Positions 11,512 to 24,436 are shown, counted from the stretch's first letter. The stretch: DNA of 64,000 nucleotides from Vitrella brassicaformis CCMP3155 (GCA_001179505.1 CDMY01000270.1:1-64000), one strand, 5' to 3'. Made by a program: numbers and translations. Notes: generated from the letters alone by a model not told the origin.

Positions 11512-13496
11512 ACCCANNNNNNNNNNNNNNNNNNNNNNNNNNNNNNNNNNNNNNNNNNNNNNNNNNNNNNNNNNNNNNNNNNNNNNNNNNNNNNNNNNNN
11601 NNNNNNNNNNNNNNNNNNNNNNNNNNNNNNNNNNNNNNNNNNNNNNNNNNNNNNNNNNNNNNNNNNNNNNNNNNNNNNNNNNNNNNNNNNNNNNNNNNNN
11701 NNNNNNNNNNNNNNNNNNNNNNNNNNNNNNNNNNNNNNNNNNNNNNNNNNNNNNNNNNNNNNNNNNNNNNNNNNNNNNNNNNNNNNNNNNNNNNNNNNNN
11801 NNNNNNNNNNNNNNNNCCCCCCCCCCCCCCTCGTCCCTGGATCATCCGTCCCAGCTCAAAAGGGACGACTAAACACGAAAATGCGCAGCCGAACATGAAT
11901 TTTGCTCAGTGGTCGGGCCAACGGGCAAGCATGGCAGGTTTTCGAATTGTTTTGTCGCGCGTCCAGGACCCAACCACCACCAGGAAACCACACATGAGCA
12001 CATCGTCCATCCATCCAGACCGACCGTTTCTCTTTCCCTCTCTCTCCCGCTCTTCCTCTCTTCAGACAGAAACTGCGTGCAACCCCCCATGTGTGTGTCA
12101 TCGGATGGATGGATGGATGGTGAGTGGCGCTATGTACGTTTGTATGTAAGCACGACATATACGCATGCCGGCCACCAGCCGGCAGCAAGTGAAAGTGACC
12201 TTCCCGCAGCAAAACTGCCAAAACTTCTATACTACCACGTGTGGAGGAGGACCGACCCGATGGCAGACAGACAGACAGACAGACAGGCAGACAGGCAGTG
12301 ACAACATAACGCCCATCCATCACAAATAGGCCATCTATGCATCCATCCATCCGTCGGTGAATCCTCCCTCCCTCCCTCCCTCCCTACCTCCTTCCTTCCT
12401 ACGGTTCCTTACTGTACACCAGCACGACACCACACTCGGTGGCCCGACCCGACAAGTCCCAGGCACCCACCCACCCCTAAAAAGACAAGCACGTCACTCA
12501 CTGCTTCCCTGCCTGCCCCTTCCCCCCTTTGTTTGCCGGTCCTCCTGGCATTCCGTGGGATGGGTGGTCAGACCATCCATCCATCCCTTCACACACAAAT
12601 AAATCCACATTTACACACACACAGACACAAACGTGGGCAGGGGATAAGAGAAGGTGAGAGGGGGGGGGGGGGGNNNNNNNNNNNNNNNNNNNNNNNNNNN
12701 NNNNNNNNNNNNNNNNNNNNNNNNNNNNNNNNNNNNNNNNNNNNNNNNNNNNNNNNNNNNNNNNNNNNNNNNNNNNNNNNNNNNNNNNNNNNNNNNNNNN
12801 NNNNNNNNNNNNNNNNNNNNNNNNNNNNNNNNNNNNNNNNNNNNNNNNNNNNNNNNNNNNNNNNNNNNNNNNNNNNNNNNNNNNNNNNNNNNNNNNNNNN
12901 NNNNNNNNNNNNNNNNNNNNNNNNNNNNNNNNNNNNNNNNNNNNNNNNNNNNNNNNNNNNNNNNNNNNNNNNNGGGGGGGGGGGGGGAGGCAGGCAGGCG
13001 GAAAAAAGATACAGGTGAGTGAGTGAGTGAGTGAGTCGGTCAGCCAGCAGTGGCCAAAGCAAAAATACACACACTCACCATCCATCCATCCGGCAGACAG
13101 ACAGACAGACAGACATTCAGACAGACAGGGAGGCAGGGAGGCAGGCGGGGAGGCAGGCGGGGCGGGCAGGTGTGTGTGCATGTACGTGTGTGACAGACAT
13201 GGCGACTGATCTACCACAACCAGCCGACCGAGTTTCCTATATGTGTGTGTGTGTGTTGTATATGGTTGTGTGTATGCAGGAACACGGTTTCCTGACTGAT
13301 ACGTGCAACAGCTTTTGTTATTCATGGTGTGCCGTGCACTCGTGCCGCCACTAAAAGGCTCACTCGAAGGGCTCGCCACCATCGACATCACATCAGCTTA
13401 TGGCAAAATTGATTGATTTAAGGAAGCGCAAGTGCTCGTAAGCATCAACCGACTGACTGACCTAGCTAGCAAAACAAGTAACCCTCTCCCTCGCTG

Positions 13497-13534
<38 letters not shown>

Positions 13535-14827
13535 TCAGCAGTGTGGGTGTATCCACTCACACATTGGGTGGTTGGTTCCCTCCCCTTCCGCCCCATGGTC
13601 ACGTCACCCAGCCGTACCTCTCACTGTGTGTCCGCACGTCGACAAGCAGTGAAAGCATACGGAGAGCGACAACGACCATACACGCCGAGGAAGGAACGGA
13701 GGCACCAAAGCTGAACTCAGGGTGCGTGTCACGGATGAGTGAGGGATGTGGGTCCTCTCTGGCTGTCCGTGTCGTGTGTGACAGGGCATGCACTCCCCCC
13801 TCAAGCGGCGTGTGACAGTCACACCGTCGACAGGCGGTGCGTACCTGAGGGCAAGCACATGCCTGTACACGCCTAACGGCGAGCGAGAGTTGTCAGCCAA
13901 GTAGCCAGCAAGTTTTCCTGATCTTGCCTTCCTCTTGTGTGCCTTGTGAGTGTCCAGGTGTCCGGGTAAGGGGTGTGTGTGTGTGGGTGGGTGTGTGGGT
14001 GGGTGCGCAAGAACAAGACGATAAACATGATTGACGATGGATGGTGGCACGGTACGGCGATTCTATCCGAGTCAGTCAGTCAGTCAGTCCGTGTACGCAT
14101 ACGCAGTGTCCGCAGGCAGTGCGCCCCTCCTCTCTGTCGACCAGAAATGACGGCCGCTCTCACTCTCTCTCTCTCTCTCTCTCTCACTGTGACGACAAAA
14201 ACAGGGCATCCATCCATCCATCCATCCGCCCTCCCGCACAGCTCTCTTGATGATCAAAAAGGCCCTCTCGTCCCCCTCCCGCCTCTCTGCTCTCTCTCGA
14301 CGGACGGACGGACGCCATTTGCGCATGCATGGCAGGTATGCACACACACGGGGACGGACGGACGGACGACCTAAACGGAAAAAGTCTCACTGGGCCAGTC
14401 GGAGGGAGCGGCCAGACAGACAGACAGACAGGAAGAGAGTGTGGGTGGGTGGCTAGGACGGTCGGTCGGCCATCCATCCATACATGCAGACGCGTGTGTG
14501 ATGATGAGTGTGTGTGTTTATGGCACCCATCCATCCATCCATCATTCCATATTCACAAAAGCCCCTCCCCGCCTCCCCCTGCGACAATAGTCGCTCACTC
14601 GAACAAACAAGCAAGCAAACAAACGACACCAGCCGTCCATCCACCACGCCACGCCGCACGACCACCCAGCCATTCAACCACGATCAAAAAAGCGCCCCTG
14701 TCACTCCCGTGCGTGTGTGTGTGGGTGTTGTGTAATGAATGACTCGTATGTATGTATGCAATGATGAGTGGTGGTCTGTGTATGTGTGTGTATGGGTGTG
14801 TGTGTGTTGGATCGTTCAGTCGGTTGA

Positions 14828-16423
14828 TCACTGGGTCTTCTTGGCGGTGGTGGGCTGCTCGGCGAAGAGCTCGTCGATGCGGAGCGATTCTCTGGCGAGG
14901 TTGACGTATCGGTCCCACAGCTGGGCGCCGATGAGGTCCTTGCCCAGGCCGATGGCCTTGTCGAAGTACTCCAGAGAGGTCGTCTGCACAGAGGGGGGCA
15001 CCTTGTCCCAGACCTACTCACAAAGAAACACACACACACAGTGCATGTAAAACACTCAGTCCGTGTCGCGCGCGCACCATCAAGGCGTATTTCTTGACGA
15101 GCTGAGCAGCCCATTTGGCGTAGATGAAGGCCTTGACCTTGGCCGCGTCGATGGTGCTCTTGCCCCACTCAATCAGATCCTGCACACACGTCGACACACA
15201 CCCATCATTGGTTGGTCAGGCCTCGCCTCGCTTCTTCCCCGACGCACCTGCACGATGACGAATGAGAGAACGAAGTCCCGGACGTCCTCGTAGATGGCCT
15301 GGAGCAAGCTCATGCACTGCAAAGGAGTGAATGACACACAAGGTGGCAATGAATGCGGCATGTCAGTCACTAATATGTTCTGTCGCTTCGTCCATGTTGT
15401 CGGCGTGTCTGCTCACCCAGAGGACGGCCTGGTCAAGGCCAAAGGCCTTGGCGATGCCGCTGATCTGACATATGCCAACATACACACGGAAGGAACACAC
15501 CGATGACCTCCTGCCGTTGACCCTTCTCCCTCTATCCATCTCTTTCTCTCTCTCTGCGTTAGCCCAGTGAGTGAAAGAGTGAGTCCAGTAGGTAGTGAGC
15601 CTTTAGGCAGTGTGTCTCGCCTCACCAACTCCCAGTACACCATCTGGATGATTTAAAATCGGGGGTGGGAGGGGGGTTGGGGCAGCGGACAGAAGAACAG
15701 AAGAGAGAGAGCCCCACCCACCCAGTTAGTCATGTTACGCAGTAAGTCAAAGGCCACCCACGAAGCACACGCACACACCCAGGCAGGCAGGCAGGCCAGG
15801 CCGTGCCGTGTGTCTGTACCTTTGCGAAGTTGAAGATGGCGAAGCCGCGGTCCACGAAAAAGACGAACACGCCGCGCCAATACAGGAAGATGTGCCAGGA
15901 CACCTGCACGACACCACACCACACACAGGGAGAGAGAGGGAGGGAGAGAGAGAGAGAGAGAGGGAGAGAGAGACGATATGTGCGTCGGTCATCGCGGCGT
16001 GTGTGTGCGGCTGGTTGACTGAGTGAGCTACTTACCCTCATGGGGAAGAAGAAGATGTGCTGGAGCGTGAAGAACATCTGGATGACGGGGTGGGTGGCTG
16101 TGGTGGCGGGCTCCACCTTCTTGCCCTCCGGCAAAGGCAGCCACGTGTCCAACAGCCCGTCGAGCGTCGTCGACACGAAGTTGAGCTGAGACTGAGCCCA
16201 GCCCGTCCACTTGCCGATTAGGGTGTCATCGTTGGTGGCCTTCTTGGCCGCATCTATGTACCTGACCCACCACATCACATCAGTCCATCGACCGACCGAC
16301 CAAGCGATGGATGCACACGACCAGCCTGAGCTGGCTCTCTCCGTGCTGTGCTCACTTTTCGGTCTCCTTGGACATTGAGTCGTAGAGTTCGTTGAGGCGC
16401 TCCTGGAGCTCCTTGAAGCCTAC

Positions 16424-16454
<31 letters not shown>

Positions 16455-16854
16455 GACATGGCCCCGGGTGTGTGTGTTTCTGTGTGGCATCCGTCCTCCC
16501 ACTCTTTGACAAGCGGCGCGTACCTCCCTCGGTGTATTCGCCTTTCTTAAAGGCCTCCATGTAGGGCTCCCCCTTCTTGGCTGACTCCTTGAGTCCGACC
16601 ATCTTGAGGACCATGTCGAGTGTGTCGATGATCCAGGTGAGAATGAGGTCCACCGTCTCGTCAACCCAGTCCACCAGAGGCCGCAGACGCGTCACCACCC
16701 AAGCGAAGTACTGGGAGGGCTGCACCTTGCCCAGCAGGCCCACCTTGCTCTCCACACCGATCAGCAGGCTGTTGAGCAGCAGGATGATGTTGTGCAGCAG
16801 GTGAGGGCGCCCGTCCTTGGGCTTGCTGCTACCGGGAGGTACCGATGTCGCCAT
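14828..16854 (-). CDS. Hypothetical ~380-aa amphipathic/hydrophobic helical protein
   Basis: About nine exons splice in frame from MATSVPPGSSK.. through GFKELQERLNELY, YIDAAKK..LDGLLDTWLP, VSWHIFLYW, MVYWEL, ISGIAKAFGLD, CMSLLQAIYEDV and DLIEWGKS to VWDKVPP..KKTQ*. No family recognised with confidence. Confidence 0.7.
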
Positions 16855-17093
16855 TGTGCAATTACGAGTTCACAAGCGATGAGAATACGCTTCTGATTGG
16901 CTTCACACGTGTCAGCGAAAGTCGTGCTTCAGGTTTTGTTCTGTCGCTCAGAAAGCTCGCAAAGATGGGGGTTTTTGAGCTCGCAGAAGTTTGAGACGGC
17001 ACGAGACAGCCCAATTACGGCAGCGGCAACAAGGGAAGGGCAGCGTCTTGACTTTTTTCGCCTGGGACGAATTCGAATTCGTCGGTTGCCGCC

Positions 17094-19888
17094 ATGGGCT
17101 GCGCGTGCGGCAAGCGGACAGATGTGGTCAAGCAGAAGAGGTCAGTCAACAGGCAACAACAGCCTAGGACGAAAGAATGCCTCACATTCCCGCCTGCTTC
17201 TCTCTCCCTGTCTGGTGCTCCACTCAGCAATGTTGACGTCGAGCCTGGCCCCCTCAACACCATCAAGGTGAGTCAGGAAAGCCCGGAGGCCGTGAACGGA
17301 GCCCCCAAGGTGACTGCGGCTGACGGCGATGGCGAGCCCGAGTCGACAGCCCACCCGCTGGCCCCGCCAGCTGAGGGCGGTGATCTCAAGCCGCCCCAGT
17401 TTGAGAACGGCGACAATGGCCGGATGCGGGTTGACAGGGTGCCCACGGCGGATGTGGGTAAGGTCTCGGCGGACGAAGCCGCCAAGATGCGCAAACTATC
17501 GCAGGGTAGGCGACAAGGAAGGGGATTTCACGACGGACGGCCTGCCTGCCTGCCTGCCTCATTGTCTGTCTGTCTGTGTGCTTTTCATGTGGCTGTTGCA
17601 GGCCTCGTTGCATCCGTTATCGAGAAGTGCAGCGAGAAGATGGGCGTCGCTGTGGTGACATCTGGCGAGGGCGGGGCGGCTGGTGAGACGGATGAAGCAG
17701 TAGAGGAGGACCGGCTCACCTACGAGGAACGTTTGGTTGTGAGGCTCATGAATGCCACCACACCCGAACAGACCGAGGATGCCCTGGAGGAGATGCTCAA
17801 GACAGTCAATGTTGTCGACCCCAAGGAAACTGACAGCCCGGTGGGCGCGGTGCGGTGCGGACGCACACAGACGGCAGGCAGGCCGGCAGGCCGGCAGGCC
17901 GGCAGGCCGGCACATGGGGGGGGTGGTCGTTATGTGTGTGGTGTGGTTCAGGTGCGCAAGGCCTTGGCGGATGCGGGCTGCATCGACGCGTGCCTGTCTG
18001 TGCTCAACAGGCGGCCGCCATCTGCCAGTTCGTGTGAGGGTGCCCTCGGTGTGCTGCTGGCTCTGGCGCTCAACGACGACACACACGCCAAACTCTGCCA
18101 GAAACAGGTGCGCATGTGGCTGACCGACCCATATATCCAAACAGAGGTGCTGTGCTCATCCGTCCATCTGTCCGTCCATGTGTGTTGTGTGTTCAGGTGC
18201 CACACGGTGTGATGGGTGCAGTGGGTGCGCTGTTTCCTGAAGGCACCAGCGGCATCTCAGCCTCATTGTCGGCCGAGGACCTCGCTACCCTGGTCAACGT
18301 CGCCTGTCTGGCATGGCGGCTCCTCTACGCCATGATTGCCGGCGACCAAAACATGATACAGGTGCGGTGCATGTCTGTGCTCCACGCCGAATTCGTGTAA
18401 TCATTTGTCTGCGTCTGTGTGTGTCCCGTGTGTGTGTGTGTGGTCAGCCGTGGGTGGACGAGGGAGGCGTGAAGATTGCCCTGGATTTCGCTGCTGACGC
18501 TGACAGCAAGTGCGACGGCCACCAGGAGGTCTACGGCTGGTCCCTCGCTGCACTCAGGTGACTGACTACGAGGACACACACCACACCACACACCCATGAG
18601 CAGCCTTACCCACGCATTCCACTCTGCGTACCTAACGATATCGTTGCAGGGCTTTGGCGAGTGGCGAAAAGGCCTCTGCCATGTGCTCATTGATGGTGAC
18701 TCAGGGGGCCCTCCGCGTGATCCAACACAGGCTTGCGACCGCCCTAAGCACCTCGCCCCCGCCCGTGGAGGACGAGAGGCGGTGGGGCGGGATGCGCCTG
18801 TGTGTGGAGCATGCCATGGGACTGCTGGGCGGCGTCCAACAGAACTGCAGCGAGGTCTCATGGCGACTCACCCACAGGCCAGTCACACCCATCGGCGCCA
18901 GTGAGACGGAGGGAACACTGGCCAACTCGGCTGAGGTAGGTACGACTGACTGTATGGACACGGTGTTAACACCGAAAGGCAGGCCAGATGGGATGGCGTA
19001 CTGAGAGTGGGTTTGTATGGTTGCGTGCGTAGGTTGGTTTGATGTGGAAGTTGGTGTGTGGGCTGCTCAAGGCCGACCATTGGAACGATGACGAGCAGCT
19101 GGTGCTCCAGGGAGTGTTTGCGCTCGGCATGGCCCTGGCCAACGACGTCTCCAACCGGGACGCCATCAGGTGAGTGACCACTAACTGCCGACACAGACAG
19201 ACACCAATAAATGAATGAATGAGAGGATGGAGATGTCATGTCGTTCTCCTTCATCTTCAGGGCCGATGGAGGCGAGGCTGCTGCAAAGATTGCGCTCACC
19301 AAATATGCGCACCACCCTGAGATCACCAAGTTCGCCCAGGGTCTCCTGACGCTGCTCACCCCCCAGCCGGGCCAAGAGCAGGACACCACTTCAACCGCCC
19401 CGCCCGCCACCAAGACACTCGAGTCTGAGGAGACGGTCCAGCAAGCCCCAGCTCCTCCCACGGATGACAAGGACGACGGCAAGAAGGCTGCAGAGGAAGA
19501 GACAGCAGCGGTGGTCGAGCGAGAGGCGGTCGCCAAGCCGCCTGAAGAAGGGGAGGCTCCTGAGGCGGATGAGGTAGAGGGTGAGGGCGGTGAGGCTGCC
19601 ACCGCCCCAGATGACGCACAGCAGGGAGAGAAGGAGGAAGAGGCGGCGGCGGTTGATGCCGGTGCCCCTGAGGGCGGGGCTGGTGCTGATGAGCCGGAGG
19701 TCGCTGCAGGTGCTGCGGACAGGGCTGACGAGCCTGTTGCTGCGGCGGAGGCCGAGGCCGACGCCGACGGTGAGGGTCAGGAAGAGGCTGAGGGTGAGGC
19801 TGCAGGTGGTGGTGAGGGGCAGGGGACGACTGAGGAGGAGAAGATGGAGGTGCAGGCACAGGCACTCGCTGACGTCCTCGTATCGTAA
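17094..19888 (+). CDS. N-terminally acylated armadillo-repeat protein with long acidic tail
   Basis: MGCACGK N-terminus (Gly2 plus Cys3/Cys5). ARM-like units: VRKALADAGCIDACLSVL, GALGVLLALALNDDTHAKL, NDVSNRDAIRADGGEAAAKIALTKYAHHPEITKFAQGLL. C-terminus rich in E/A/G; stop at 19886-19888. Confidence 0.72.
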
Positions 19889-21631
19889 CACACTCATTCA
19901 CTCAGTCGCTGACTCGCTGACTCACTCAGTCACTGGCTGGCTGGCTGCTCGTGACTGACTGGTGCTTTTGCGTCCTTGAGTGCCTGAGAGTGGAGAGGAA
20001 GAAAGAGGAGAGAGAGGAGATCCCTTTTTCATAGCCGCATCGATCGTACGCACGCACACACCTAATATCTAACAAGCTGACTCTGTGTAACAATTGAGAG
20101 AGTGTGCATGGCATGGCATGGCATGGCATGCAAGGACAAGAATGGATGGATGGATGGATGGCCCGTCCGTCGTGTCGTGTCGTGTCGTGTCGTATCACAC
20201 GCGGGTGTCGGTGATCTGACGGACAGGACACAACGAACGAACGAACGAACGAAGGAACGAACGAATGGGAGGTAGGCTGCTGATGACTAACTAACCTTAA
20301 CGTGTGTGTGTGTGTGGTGGGGCTCCCTCGGCAGGCAAGGCAAGGATCGTCTTCTTACAGGGGGGATGGCGGCGTGTCTGTCTCTTACTTGATTGGTTGA
20401 GCGGAGTAAGCGGGGGGGATGCACCAACTGGTACCGGTAGGATAAAGTGTTTGTTTGACCGGGTGGTCTGCTTGTACACTACTACTCGCCTGGCCTGATT
20501 GACATGACGGCCGGCTTTTGTGGCCCTTACCTGCCGGGCCCATGCCAACCCACCCACACCATCATGTCTCATGTCTCATTCGTATCTGTCTGATGTCTAG
20601 GACTAAACTGTCTGTCGGTACTCCGGCCTGAGGGCTCTCCCGCCTCCCCCCCGTTGTTGTGTGCGTGCAGACCTGCAACGCGGCTAACCGGTCACACTCT
20701 AGCTCGACTATTTGTGTGTGTGGCTGGCTGGCTGACCGACTGGCGGCATGTTGCGAGTACACTCGACATTCACACACTTTTGTGGCGATGCGATGCGATG
20801 CGATGCGCTGCATGCACATCCACATGTCACATTTTTCTGCACGGCATGGCATGCATTGCATCGGACGGACGGACGGACGGACAAACTTGGTTGTCCATCG
20901 CCCACTTGTCCCGAGTAGCTTGTTGGTCGCCTCTTGCCATCCATAATGCATATCTACATCACATCTACACACACACCACATCCATCACATGATCCATACA
21001 TAACACATTTATGACCTCTCCCTTGCCTGCCTGTCTGCCTGCCTGCCTGCCGTGCTGTCGTCTTACTTATCTATTTATGCCATCCATGCACACCTACCTT
21101 ACCTACACTACACACACCCACTCACCGTCTGGTAGGAGTCTTAGGGGAGGGGAGGGGAGGAGGGAAGCGTGTGCATACATGCCATGCTGTGCCGTGGATG
21201 GGATGGGATGGACGGGTAGATGAACGATGCTGGCCGTGTGTTTATCAAGTCATGGGTGGGATGGGTCGGTGGAAGACTGCGGCTTTGACACATCGATGGA
21301 TGCGTGTTTGTTTGTTTGTTTCCAGAGCCATTTTTGGATGCGGCGGTGATCAGTCAGCCGTCCGTCGGTTGATGTAGACGTCTTGTTTACGTACACACCG
21401 CCTCATGAGTGTGCTTGTTTGTGCGGACCTCCATGGGATGTGTGTGATCCCTATCTAAACCGTCGCCTTCGTTCTCAGACTCACTTCCTTCTCACACACT
21501 AGCGTCCTGTCACCATCCATCCATCCATCCACCCACACATCACCAATTTCTCTCTCTCGCACAGCACCGACTACAAATGGCCCACCCCCTCCCCCCGGCG
21601 CCCCTCCCTCTGTCCATCAGTCAGTCAGTCA

Positions 21632-22879
21632 TCAGTCAAGGAAGAGTATGACGACCAGCATGGTCTGGGTCTTGGCATCCTGGGCCGTCTGAATGATGGT
21701 CTTGCTGTCATGGAATGCGAAGGCGATCAGGTGGTCGGTGTGGTTGAGCAGCTTGGCGTTGCACCGCTTGGCCGCCTCGTCCAGCGGCAGACAGTCATTC
21801 TCGGGCATCTCAACTATCTGCTTGACCTTCCGAAGCAACTCCTGCACACCACACCACACAAAACAATACAATACGATACACACCACCGAGATCATCTGCA
21901 TGAAGGGACGGACGGCAGCCAGCAAGCCCTCCCTCCCTCTCTCTCTCCTGTGCTGTGTGTGCGTCCTCCGACTCCGACCGACCTGCGCTTCGGGCACTTG
22001 TCTGTCGAAGGATTGTGGCAGTATGACAGTGAGGAGCTCACTGCAGTTGGCTCGCAGCGCCCCCCTGACGGCCGCCGCGTTGGTGCCGCTGGCCCCCGAG
22101 GTGTAGACATGGTTGCCCGAGAGGACCAGGGCGTAGCTGAGGAGCTCGATGATCTGCTGGTGCAGGTAGCTGCAGTGCCGCGTACCGAGGATGCAGTACT
22201 TGCGCGAAGAGGTGTCCTGGATGGCCTTGAGCTCCTTCAGAATGCTCTCGATAGACAGACCCGGCAGCGGCGGGACTGGCTGCGGATTGCCCACGTTGGG
22301 CGGGCTCTGCGGGATGGCCACCTGGGCCGGCGCAGACGAGGCGCCATAGCTCTCGATGTCGGCAGCCGCCGCGTGGGGCGACTCACTCTCCACCCAGCCA
22401 CCATTCAGAGCAACACCCCTCTCAATCGCCGCTGCTGTCGTGTTGTGGTGACCCTGGGCCGTCGCATTGCTGCTCCACTGCATCTGACGATCAGGCTCGT
22501 CGCTCCTTGCACGACAATCGGCATCACACTCACCCTCACCCTCAGAAGTGTCGCCATCACCAAGAGCAGCAGCAGCAGACAGCACCGGCAGAGATGATCT
22601 CCGAAGCCGCCGCAGCAGCTGATAGTGGTGCCTCCCTCGGCGAGCTGACTCATCGTGAGCGGACATCGGTGGAGATGGCGGCCTCCGGATGCCTGTGAGG
22701 AAGGCCTCGCCCTCCCGATGATGCCGCGTCGTCGCGTCAGGGCCCATTCGCCGGATGTCAGCTTCTCTCGCCAGCAGTCTCCGTAAGTGTTTGGCCTGGA
22801 CTCTGACGCGAGAGAGGAGGGACTGGACGGCAATCAGCAGCAGGGCGACGGACGTCGGGGTGAGGCGGAGGACGGTCAT
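21632..22879 (-). CDS. Plastid-targeted SLOG/DprA-like (cyanobacterial-type) nucleotide-binding protein
   Basis: The C-terminal domain LKAIQDTSSRKYCILGTRH..QQIIELLSYALVLSGNHVYTSGASGTNAAAVRGALRA..LLTVILPQS..MPEND.LPLDEA..CN..LIAFAFHDS..ILFLD* matches my recollection of a conserved cyanobacterial/plastid protein. One intron (21842-21982). N-terminal hydrophobic signal (MTVLRLTPTSVALLLIAVQSLL) followed by an R/S-rich segment. Confidence 0.75.
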   Translation of the reverse strand: MTVLRLTPTSVALLLIAVQSLLSRVRVQAKHLRRLLAREADIRRMGPDATTRHHREGEAFLTGIRRPPSPPMSAHDESARRGRHHYQLLRRLRRSSLPVLSAAAALGDGDTSEGEGECDADCRARSDEPDRQMQWSSNATAQGHHNTTAAAIERGVALNGGWVESESPHAAAADIESYGASSAPAQVAIPQSPPNVGNPQPVPPLPGLSIESILKELKAIQDTSSRKYCILGTRHCSYLHQQIIELLSYALVLSGNHVYTSGASGTNAAAVRGALRANCSELLTVILPQSFDRQVPEAQVGRSRRTHTQHRRERGREGLLAAVRPFMQMISVVCIVLYCFVWCGVQELLRKVKQIVEMPENDCLPLDEAAKRCNAKLLNHTDHLIAFAFHDSKTIIQTAQDAKTQTMLVVILFLD

Positions 22880-23392
22880 GAAAATGGGGCATTCATCCGC
22901 CGGGTCTGTCTTGGCTTGGACTAAATCAAGAAGACAAACAGAGATGTCGACTTGGGATGCCAGATGGGCCGAGGAGAAAGAGGCAACCTCTGCAGGCTCG
23001 GCTCGCAGATCTGCGATCGTGAGGGAGGACCTTTCTCCCCTTTCTCCTTCCTCAGGAGCCATCCGTGGTGTTCTCTGGAGGCCCTCGATCTCCATCTTGG
23101 GTATTCCTAAAGACGCAGGTAGGTAAACCCACCAACGACACGCACACAGCGTGGGTGTAGGAGCACAGAACAAACTGCTCGTGCACTGCACCACCCTCAG
23201 TCCGTCACTCTCAGTGACTGACCCTTGCCAGCCATTCGTCCGTCCATGGATCTTTATTGGTGTCTGGATGTTTGCAGAGGCGTCTTACCGCAGCTGGCCG
23301 AAGCGGCAGAGGCACTCCCACCAGCCCGCAGCATCACCGCCAGTATCCTCCCCTCTCCCTCCCCCCCTCCACCACTGCCACTGTCTACCGCG

Positions 23393-24436
23393 ATGAACAA
23401 CAGCGAAGAGTTTATGTGCCCCGAGCTGCGAGTGGCCCTGTGTCATCTGAAGGAGGCTCTCCGGTGCCTGCTGCACAGCGTGGTGTTCTGCCGCTCGCTG
23501 GGCGCCCACAATGTGGTCACGCCCATGTCCATCTACTCTGAGCAGCTGGAGCTCGGCTATGTCAAGTGCTACTCGCCCGACCTATCTATCGACAACCTTA
23601 TCGAGACCCGCATCAACGCATTCGCCACGCTGTTCGAGCGGGAGCTGGCCATCCCCACACACACGCACACGAATGTGCCACCCTCGCAGGGCACAGCCGA
23701 GCTGGTCAGTTGAGTTGGGGGGAAGACAGTGCAGTGCCTGGCCTGGGCGGGAGTCCACTTCTCTCTGTGTGTTGTGTGGTTGTGATTGTACAGAGGATAG
23801 GTTTCTATGTGCCCCGTGCGAAGCGTGCCATCTGGGGCATCTTCAAGCCGCCCGACGAGAAGATATTCTTCGAAGTCTGGCGCATCCCCATTCGCGTCAG
23901 CGTCCCCTCATCCTCCCCTCCCCCGTTCACACGCTCCCTGCGCAGCAGCACCACCGCCGCCAGCCAACAAACCCCGCCCCCGCCACCCGACCCACAGTCA
24001 ACCGCTGGCCATGCCGCTGCTGCTGGTGCTGCTGCCGCTGCCGTGGCGCCTTCATCGTCGTCTTCGTCAGCCGGAGATGCCACTCGGCTGCTTGAGGATG
24101 AGCTGGCGATGCGGCGGGATGCGCACACGGAGGTGCGTCGGGTGCTCTTGTACATCATTGAGAACGTCAACAAGAAAAGGGACCACCTGCCGCCGCCAAG
24201 GGACCAGCAGTCGATATACTGGTAGGGGGTGGGGTGGTGGGGGGGTCAGTGGAGGGGAGGGGAGATGGCTGCCATGCCATGCCATGCCATGGCTGTGCTG
24301 TGTGTTGTGTGTTGTGTGTGGTCGACTCAGGTTTGAGGTGAGCTACGACATTCGTGGGCAGGATGGGTCGGCGGCGTGGCATCTGCCCTCCGCCATTCGA
24401 TCGCCGCCCGGCAGGAAGCTGCCCTATATCACATGA
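23393..24436 (+). CDS. ATG101: Autophagy-related protein 101 (HORMA domain)
   Basis: Exons 23393-23704, 23794-24221 and 24331-24436. LKEALRCLLHSVVFCRSLG, LELGYVKC, IGFY, FFEVWRIPI and LLYIIENVN..DHLPPP..FEV follow the ATG101 pattern. Confidence 0.8.

Noticed and set aside
11480-12990. Poly-C/poly-G tracts and long ORFs spanning N gaps
   Set aside because: The ORFs are artefacts of N runs. The homopolymers probably caused the sequencing dropouts, and their true length is unknown.
13600-13960. Possible small exons (e.g. ESIRRATTTIHAEEG.., GMHSPLKRRV..)
   Set aside because: No consistent start-splice-stop model and no recognisable motif.
20290-20570. CTTACCTG resembling the U1 snRNA 5' end, or a minus-strand donor
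   Set aside because: No U1 stem-loops or Sm site follow, and no supporting exon chain was found.
22880-23194. N-terminal extension of the 520-aa ORF for the SLOG protein
   Set aside because: The extension would run into the ATG101 promoter region and bury the signal peptide; Met at 22879 gives a better targeting leader.
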